64,000 bases of DNA, from contig JACRKZ010000068.1 in NCBI GenBank assembly GCA_016235455.1, forward strand, positions 14,682-78,681, in the 5' to 3' direction. The stretch comes from Armatimonadota bacterium (lineage in GTDB: Bacteria; Armatimonadota; UBA10988). A program made the translations under genes and the position numbers. The notes beneath the pieces are model-generated. The model had not been told where the DNA came from. It saw only the letters and a program-made list of their open reading frames with translations, and ran no database searches. Below, one piece after another: positions 58,401 through 64,000 of the stretch (position 1 is its first letter; every line of letters begins with the position of its first letter).

Positions 58401-59143
58401 GGCCACGGTGGATGACCGGGCCGTTCTCACTTCATGATCTGCTCGGCACCGAGCCAGGCGCCGACAGCCTTCGCCGTGCGATCGAGACCATCGCCAAGGG
58501 GCTACGTGGCCAGCAGCCCCTCGGCGATCAGCAGGGCTTCATCGCTCAGTCGGCGCCGTCGAACGTGGTGGCGGCTCGGCACTGGTACAGCACGGCAGCA
58601 CCGCAACTGCCGCACTCGACCGAGCGTAAGCAGTGGGTGGCGGCCGTACTGCCGGGCATGTACAGCGTCCGGGGCGACTGGTTCCTGGGCATCGGCCATG
58701 GCAGCCGCTCCACCGCCCTGGCGCGGCGTGCGGTGGATTTGCTGTCCAGCCACCGCGCGAACGCTGAGCGACTGCACTGCTGCATCGGCCTGCCTGTGCG
58801 CCGCACCTATCAGAAGGAGGTGCGGATGGCCGGGTTCACGCGCCTGGCGGCGGCGGACGGCAAGCCGGTCGGTCTGGGCACCATCATGGACACCGTCTGC
58901 GGTATGTATGGCCCTGCGCCTGGGCGGAAGGAGACCATCAACCATCCGGAACATCGGCGATGGCTGTGGCGCTCATCGATCCGCAACTACCACCACAACA
59001 ACCGCGTCTGGATCGGCTGGCTGCGTTGGGTGATCGAGCAAGCCCTAAGCGACCTGCGGACGCACGGTGAGGTCAACCCCGAGTGGTGGCCCGGCGAGAT
59101 CGGCGTCATCAAGGCGGCGCTCAGGCAGAGCGAACCAATGTAG
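55454..59143 (+). CDS. Tandem KaiC/RecA-like ATPase domains fused to a C-terminal solute-binding-protein-like domain
   Basis: Domain 1: LGIPSLDGLL, GGDGTGKS, LVIDS, EKTRG. Domain 2: SGIKYLD, GEEGTHKL, LVIDD. C-terminus: IDEWW, LLPMD, FPHTFDFGFL, TWAEF, RHWYS, GDWFLGI, GLPVR. Confidence 0.75.
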   Translation: MAHNDYALKLGIPSLDGLLPWPPGSRGKSTTCGIHVCGGEATTVAFVGGDGTGKSVLAMHMAATYHSELRKDGGRSTVYYVSSDLSHARAKAMWTSFGLDQRIRRVCFCESKSGTVRLGTRAKLVLAGTDAVSGAKAARGARADRPVPFIDLASRSTGDDWGYLCRLVGLLPTPSAGERPHMLVIDSVDGLFRCGGRLDAYGEERSREDCLTELMRLASRKCHLVLLAEEPDEGKRTREQYDCNVVFRLRVEEAADTPRVSIQVEKTRGQQARQGRHEMAILPGSKAHGLLLCNSYVHVYPSISSESLDAEWSPDAPADAVDEEPSAVTLSGIKYLDAMVGRITRQQAAGHITALIGEEGTHKLYLANAFLTAHLHGGQPGKAVLLTTRTLSEEVWRHELRTAMGEARGSEHPAVDLSRSTHLVALGNRPFSAERLLHRIRRAICHVAEFDADGSPDSSHWQRMATRDADYTKGKRSPEIRLVIDDLSRILHDYPDVGQQAEFIKELERLIKQTGVQAMLVNTQRGQLRSAQRDERADLVRAMADQVLYTWKVSLLGSTAVAISASPLAPRGHHASIGELRWPRQAPPGSSRLLVDPHLDMYDGLDKADPEAVPVQLRVHLYRETNGPTVSPGDDASLAAAAAPPHQAGTRVAARGSGGEPASVDHYFREMARWLSQSMQEHDRDPHTRPTVVFCAHDDYGDLRNVCYASGGMLYGHSQVVQIDEWWADTNGNLLPMDTYLDETVETDGAHDDLVDPYRVFSQRMGDQTTKGIAGDAILRRLDCVMHGELDYGYDLLVQAKCANGQTGAGQPAPTANGGTAAARHLTPIDRFPHTFDFGFLMLHRASWSYALASPKAPAGMQQRYDLLTKPFTAPTPPTKKGRRDWHESVVRPFLDANVDSPTWVTWAEFIADCEFVASLAGDMLPFGVAMDSTETMSCLVLEIWASLLDAPCSDGPLDSAWTSGAPVRSTMSAAGDGCRFGGPRWMTGPFSLHDLLGTEPGADSLRRAIETIAKGLRGQQPLGDQQGFIAQSAPSNVVAARHWYSTAAPQLPHSTERKQWVAAVLPGMYSVRGDWFLGIGHGSRSTALARRAVDLLSSHRANAERLHCCIGLPVRRTYQKEVRMAGFTRLAAADGKPVGLGTIMDTVCGMYGPAPGRKETINHPEHRRWLWRSSIRNYHHNNRVWIGWLRWVIEQALSDLRTHGEVNPEWWPGEIGVIKAALRQSEPM

Positions 59144-59176
59144 ACGAATACGCAAGCCGGCCAAACGTCCACCCCC

Positions 59177-59206
59177 TTGACGACCGCCTCCGGCCGATGC
59201 TAGCCT
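59177..59206 (+). promoter_or_regulatory. Promoter, probably leaderless transcript of the GHMP kinase
   Basis: TTGACG, 18 nt, TAGCCT preceded by TGC; ATG 7 nt later with no SD. Confidence 0.5.
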
Positions 59207-59213
59207 CCACGCC

Positions 59214-60626
59214 ATGAGCACCGACAACCTGCCCGCCGATCTCGCCGCGTTCGCCGCCCGCCTGCGCGGCCACGCGTTGTGCCGTTTCGCCGCCGGCCAG
59301 CCGCTCCTGCTGACCCGCGCGCCGGGCCGGCTCGATGCGCTCGGCGGCGTCATCGACTACACCGGCGGCACCGTCTGCGAGATGCCCTGCGCCGTCGCCA
59401 CTCGGGTGGCGCTGCAGCCGCGCGCCGACCGTGTCGTGCGCATCGTCAGCCTGGGCGTCGAAGAGCATGGGCTCACGCCGGTGGTTGAGGTGCCGCTCGA
59501 TGCCCTGCTCAGCAACGACTACGCTGCTGTCGGTTCGATGCTGCGCGCCGACCCTTCGGCGTCCTGGGCGGCCTATGTGGCCGGCGCCTGGACCGTGCTG
59601 TTCGGCGAAGGGCTGGTGCCGTCGTTCCCCGGTGGCGCCGAGGTGGTCATCGACAGCGATGTGCCCGCCGGCGCCGGCGTCAGCAGCTCGGCCGCCATCG
59701 AGATGGCCACGCTGCTGGCTGTCGCGCGGTACGCCGGCGCGGACGTTGAGCCCAGCCGGCTGGCGCATCTCGGCCAGCGCGTGGAGAACCGCGTGGTCGG
59801 CGCGCCGTGCGGGCTGATGGACCAGCTCACCGTGACGCTCGGCCTGGCCGACTCGCTGTTGGTCATTCGCTGCCAGCCGGATCAGATCGTGGCCAACCGG
59901 CGGCTGCCCCAGGGCGTCACGCTCGGCGCCATCCATACCGGCGTGAAGCACTCGGTGGGCGGTCGGCACTATACCGACGCCCGCGTGTCCGCCTTCATGG
60001 CCCACCGGATCATCCTCGACCATCTGCGCGCCCTGGGCACCGTCGGTGCCGCGGACGATCCGTTCGGCGGCTACCTGGCGGAGGTCCGGCCGTCGGAGTT
60101 CGCCACCGCCTACCTGCCGCTGCTGCCCGAGCGCATGACCGGCGCCGCCTTCATCGCCGCGCATGGTCAGACCGTCGACACGGCGACGCGCGTCGATCCC
60201 GACACCACCTATCGGGTCGCCTCGGCCGCCCGCCATCATGTGCGCGAGAATGCCAACACATACGCATTCCTGGAGGCCTTGGACGCCTTCGAACGGACCC
60301 AGCAGACCGCCTTCCTGGAGCTGGCCGGTGAGCTGATGATCCAGGGCCACGACGGCTATCGCGACGACCTGGACCTGGGCGCGCCCGAGGCAGACCTGCT
60401 GGTGGCGCTGGCCATGTCGGAAGGCCCGCTCAACGGCGTCTACGGCGGCCGCATCACCGGCGGCGGCAGCGGCGGCAGCGTCATCTTCCTGGGCGACGAT
60501 CGGCTGCCCGCCTTGCTGCCCCGGCTGGCCGAGCGCTACGCGACCGAGTCGGGCTGCCAGCCGACCATCCTGCTGGGCTCGAGCGACGGCGCCGCGGCGG
60601 TCGGGGTCAACTCGCTGGTCTGGTAG
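59214..60626 (+). CDS. GHMP sugar kinase (galactokinase/L-arabinokinase-like)
   Basis: APGRLDALGGVIDYTG, PAGAGVSSSAA, CGLMDQ, GGRITGGGSGG. Confidence 0.88.
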   Translation: MSTDNLPADLAAFAARLRGHALCRFAAGQPLLLTRAPGRLDALGGVIDYTGGTVCEMPCAVATRVALQPRADRVVRIVSLGVEEHGLTPVVEVPLDALLSNDYAAVGSMLRADPSASWAAYVAGAWTVLFGEGLVPSFPGGAEVVIDSDVPAGAGVSSSAAIEMATLLAVARYAGADVEPSRLAHLGQRVENRVVGAPCGLMDQLTVTLGLADSLLVIRCQPDQIVANRRLPQGVTLGAIHTGVKHSVGGRHYTDARVSAFMAHRIILDHLRALGTVGAADDPFGGYLAEVRPSEFATAYLPLLPERMTGAAFIAAHGQTVDTATRVDPDTTYRVASAARHHVRENANTYAFLEALDAFERTQQTAFLELAGELMIQGHDGYRDDLDLGAPEADLLVALAMSEGPLNGVYGGRITGGGSGGSVIFLGDDRLPALLPRLAERYATESGCQPTILLGSSDGAAAVGVNSLVW

Positions 60627-60727
60627 AGGTGTGGTTGTCGCTGAGCCGAACTAGGCGTGAAGATGCTGCGTAGGGCCACGTTAGAGGCCTGGCGCAACCT
60701 GCGCGTGGGGTCGCCAAGGAGACAACC

Positions 60728-61813
60728 ATGAGAACCCGATTCGGTGTTGTTCTGGCCGCGATGACGATGCTGTGGGCCGCGACGGCCCAAGGCTTCACCG
60801 TTGGCGATCCCGCGCCCAAGCTCGCGCTGGGCCCGTTCATCAAGGGCCAGCCGGTCACGGCGTTCGAGCCCGGCAAGGTCTATGTCATCGAGTTCTGGGC
60901 CACCTGGTGCGGCCCCTGCCGGGCGAGCATCCCGCACCTCTCCGAGCTGGCCCGCAAGTACAAGGACGTCATCGTCATCGGCACCAACGTGTGGGAGCCC
61001 GATGTCACCAAGGCCAAGCCTTTTGTCGACCAGATGGGCGACCAGATGGCCTATCGCGTGGCGCTCGACGACGACAGCAAGATGGCCGACACCTGGATGA
61101 AGGATGGCGGCCAGGACGGCATTCCGGCCGCGTTCATCGTCGACGGCCAGGGCAAGATCGCCTGGGTCGGCCACCCGATGAGCATGGACGAGCCGCTGGC
61201 CGCGGTCGTGGCCGGCACCTACGACCTGGCAGGCGCGCGCCAGGCCGCCGCCGCCGAGGCCGCGCGCAAGGCCAAGATGAAAGAGATCACGGCCAAGATG
61301 CGCGCCGCCGGCACCGACCGGGCCAAGCAGATCGCGGTCTACCGCGAGTGGTTCGCGAGTGATCCCGATGCGCAGAAGCAGTACGGCATCGGCTTGTTCA
61401 ACCTGCTCAAGCTCTCTGACCCGACGGCGGCCACGGTCTACTACCGGCAGCTGGTGAACGACACGCTGCGCGGCGATGCCGAGGCGCTTAACGGTCTGGC
61501 CTGGCAGGTCGTCGACCCGCGCCTGCGCGGTGTCGATCCCGAGCTGGCCAAGCTGGCGCTCTCCGCCGCGCAACGCGCCGACCAACTTGCCGACGGCCGC
61601 AACGCGCCCATCGCCGACACCCTGGCCGCGGCCTACTGGCGCTGTGGCGACGCCAACTCGGCGGTCTCCTGCCAAGCCCGCGCGCTGGAGCTGGCGGCGG
61701 GCACCGAGCTGGCCAAGGAGATGGCCAAGCGGCTGGCGCAGTATGAGGCCGAGGCGGGCCGGCCGGCGTATTCGGGCTGCTCGCGCGTGGCGCGGACGGG
61801 GGTGGTGAAGTAG
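60728..61813 (+). CDS. Secreted TlpA-type thioredoxin with TPR-like C-terminus
   Basis: Signal peptide, EFWATWCGPC, GIP, LNGLAW...DTLAAAY. Confidence 0.9.
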   Translation: MRTRFGVVLAAMTMLWAATAQGFTVGDPAPKLALGPFIKGQPVTAFEPGKVYVIEFWATWCGPCRASIPHLSELARKYKDVIVIGTNVWEPDVTKAKPFVDQMGDQMAYRVALDDDSKMADTWMKDGGQDGIPAAFIVDGQGKIAWVGHPMSMDEPLAAVVAGTYDLAGARQAAAAEAARKAKMKEITAKMRAAGTDRAKQIAVYREWFASDPDAQKQYGIGLFNLLKLSDPTAATVYYRQLVNDTLRGDAEALNGLAWQVVDPRLRGVDPELAKLALSAAQRADQLADGRNAPIADTLAAAYWRCGDANSAVSCQARALELAAGTELAKEMAKRLAQYEAEAGRPAYSGCSRVARTGVVK

Positions 61814-62012
61814 GGAGAGCGGCACGAGCGGCTGTCAGAGGGGCCCTGCCGTGCGCGGCCTAGATCCGGGCGGCACGACACGCGTGGGAGCGTGGCGTTG
61901 CGGCGATCGGCGGGCCAGGGCTGCGTGCTCCGGGTCCTCCGGCGGCCCGGCGGGCGCGTCCATCTGCGCAGCCGCTTTGTCGGTGATGCTCTTGCGGCAA
62001 GCGGTCGCGGCT

Positions 62013-63389
62013 CTACTCGTGACCACCACGGGCTTTGAGGAGGTCGGCCAGGCCTGCATGGCCCTTCGCGTAGTGCAAGGGCGTCCGACCGTCAATGCCC
62101 TTGGAGTTGACGTCGGCGCCCTTGTCGAGCAGGAACCTGACCATCTTGGACTGCCCCTTGATCACGGCGTAGTGCAACGGCGTAAAGCCCTCAGCGCCAT
62201 CAGCCACGTTGATGTCGGCGCCTTTCGCCAACAGCAGTTGGGCGACCTCGGCGTGGCCCAACATCGCCGCGTAGTGCAAAGGTGAGGTCGAGGCAGGCAA
62301 TCCTGCGGCGCTCTGGCCATTCACATCGGCACCATGGTCTAGAAGGACCTTGACCATCTGCGCGTTGCCTCTACAAGCAGCCCAGTGCAGGGGCAAGCCC
62401 TTGTCGTTTCCGACATCGACGTCGGCGCCCTTCTCCACCAACAGTTGGACCAACTCGATTTGCCCATCGCTGCAAGCGCATATCAAGGGCGTCAGGCCGC
62501 CGTTGTTCTTGGCGTCGATGCCGCTCCATCCACGCTTTGTGCCCTCGATTCGGGAGCCCTCGCGTAGCGGCACGGTCAGCACCTCCCGCTGTGCAAGCGG
62601 CTCCCGAGCTTGGCGGTTGAGCGCACGCAGTTCATCAACCGTGCTGTTGCAGGAGCGGGCCACTGACTCCATCGTGTCCCCCTGCTGAACATGGTAGATG
62701 ACATAGGTGGTAGTCCGGTGTTCCGGGGGCATGGCACCGCCTGCTGTGGCCGTGTTGACGGCAAGGGCAGCGCCTTTCTCGACGATCAAGCTGGCTATCT
62801 GAGTGTTTCCTTTGTAAGCGGCCCAGTGCAGAGGGGTAGAGCCGTTACCGTCTTCGGCATTGATGTCGGCGCCCTTCCCTAGCAAAAGTTGGGCGACCTC
62901 GGTGTGCCCATAGATGGCGGCACAGTGCAGGGCGGTCCAGCCCCTATCGTCCTTGCGATTCACGTCGCCGCCATGGCCAAGAAGCACCTCGACGACCTTG
63001 TCGTGTCCCTTAACCACCGCGTAGTGCAAGGGGGCGACGCCTGCGGAGGCCTTGGCGTTGACGTCGGCGCCATGGTCCAGAAGCATCTCGACGACCTTGT
63101 CGTAACCATTGGAGGCGGCCCAGTGTAGAGGGGACTTCCCTTCTGCTGCCCTCAAGTTGACGTCGGCGCCCTTCTCCAACAACAGCCGGACGACCTGATC
63201 ATGGCCGTTGCCAGCAGCTCTGTGAAGAGGGGTGATACCGTCCAAGGCCCTGGTGTTTACGTCAGCGCCCTTGGCGAGAAGCATACCTATCGCTGCCACG
63301 TCGCCCTTGGCGGCCGCTTCTCCCATCGGGTCGGCCGGGCTCGCCGCTGCCATCACGAAACAGATCAGGAACACCCTACAGCCGACCAT
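62013..63389 (-). CDS. Secreted ankyrin-repeat protein with internal LysM domain
   Basis: About 11 TPLH-type repeats; YHVQQGDTMESVA...ELRALN...LTVP insert; hydrophobic N-terminus. Confidence 0.85.
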   Translation of the reverse strand: MVGCRVFLICFVMAAASPADPMGEAAAKGDVAAIGMLLAKGADVNTRALDGITPLHRAAGNGHDQVVRLLLEKGADVNLRAAEGKSPLHWAASNGYDKVVEMLLDHGADVNAKASAGVAPLHYAVVKGHDKVVEVLLGHGGDVNRKDDRGWTALHCAAIYGHTEVAQLLLGKGADINAEDGNGSTPLHWAAYKGNTQIASLIVEKGAALAVNTATAGGAMPPEHRTTTYVIYHVQQGDTMESVARSCNSTVDELRALNRQAREPLAQREVLTVPLREGSRIEGTKRGWSGIDAKNNGGLTPLICACSDGQIELVQLLVEKGADVDVGNDKGLPLHWAACRGNAQMVKVLLDHGADVNGQSAAGLPASTSPLHYAAMLGHAEVAQLLLAKGADINVADGAEGFTPLHYAVIKGQSKMVRFLLDKGADVNSKGIDGRTPLHYAKGHAGLADLLKARGGHE

Positions 63390-63711
63390 GAATGACTCTC
63401 CCCTGCCGTGGTGGACCGCGACAACGCGACTGCCGGCCGCTGCTTCCCGAGCGCCACCCCTATGCCCTGGCTCAGCTCGCTTCGCATTGGGCGCGACGCC
63501 AACTCGTCTGCCTTCGACGCGGCAGGTGGGTGTCCTTCGCCGGACCGCCCAGTCGCAGGCCCGCAGGTCACCTGCACGGGCCCTGAATGCACCTAACTCC
63601 GCCCAGTCACGCAACCGCTGTGGCAGTACCGGGATCACCCGCACCGGCTCAGCCTGCTCGGCTGGCGCGTGCCGTCGGGGATCCCGATGCCCGCTCGCCA
63701 CCAGTGCCCCA

Positions 63712-64000
63712 TCACTCCACCAACCGCACCGCCCCCACCACCACCGTCGTCGCATAGTCCGCGACGCCCTTCCGGTCGACCACCTCCAGCCGCAGCCGCA
63801 GCGTCTCGCCCGGCTTGGCGACGGGGCTCAGGTCGACCGTGGTCCACTCCTTGCCGTGACGGTTCAGCGCCAGATCCTCTTCCCACAGCAGCCGGTCGCC
63901 GCAGCGTAGCGCATACCAGCGGTAGCCCGGCCAGTCGGGCGAGACCAGCGTGTCGTTGAGGTAGAGCTGGAGCGACGGCGCCTTGACGCCCGCGGGGATG
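63712..64000 (-). CDS. C-terminal fragment of a protein with a beta-sandwich tail (5' part outside the window)
   Basis: My translation ...LQLYLNDTLVSPDWPGYRWY...LLWEEDL...VDLSPV...LRLRLEVVDRKG...VRLVE-stop, with G/C-ending codons. Confidence 0.65.
   Translation of the reverse strand, partial: IPAGVKAPSLQLYLNDTLVSPDWPGYRWYALRCGDRLLWEEDLALNRHGKEWTTVDLSPVAKPGETLRLRLEVVDRKGVADYATTVVVGAVRLVE

Noticed and set aside
55454-59143. Circadian clock KaiC
   Set aside because: No kaiA/kaiB nearby, no EE motifs or Ser-Thr phosphosites, a degenerate second P-loop and an extra C-terminal domain.
61750-62012. Possible gene remnant on the minus strand (YFTTPVRATREQPEY) overlapping the TlpA tail
   Set aside because: Too short to separate from chance in GC-rich DNA.
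63390-63711. Riboswitch in the long ankyrin leader
   Set aside because: No recognisable aptamer consensus by eye; it needs an Rfam scan.

Overview
GC-rich bacterial chromosomal window, mostly housekeeping. The GCGGG-type lipoproteins, secreted glycoside hydrolases and the acyl-ACP-reductase-like gene pair suggest Armatimonadota or a similar lineage (inference only). It contains nadE with a separate nitrilase subunit, an aminotransferase, tRNA-Ser(UGA), rnpB, def-fmt-rsmB-lepB, coaX, panB/panD, futalosine-type ubiD/ubiX/ubiA, dciA-recF-dnaN, cinA-thpR, hisI-hisG and dnaE. Best candidate for an undescribed system: a self-contained two-gene module at 54.0-59.1 kb pairing a pilus-less PilT-type ATPase with a 1229-aa tandem KaiC/RecA-like ATPase fused to a cytoplasmic solute-binding-protein fold. 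Also notable: a probable oriC (DnaA-trios plus variant DnaA boxes) upstream of dnaN with no dnaA beside it; a HEPN plus BolA-like pair inserted between ubiD and ubiX; an HTH-GNAT-panD-panB operon with a perfect operator-like palindrome; a Nudix gene in the hisE position; a secreted ankyrin protein with an internal LysM domain; two nearby genes broken by apparent internal deletions; and several families of long intergenic palindromes. All protein family calls are from motif recognition by eye, not database searches.
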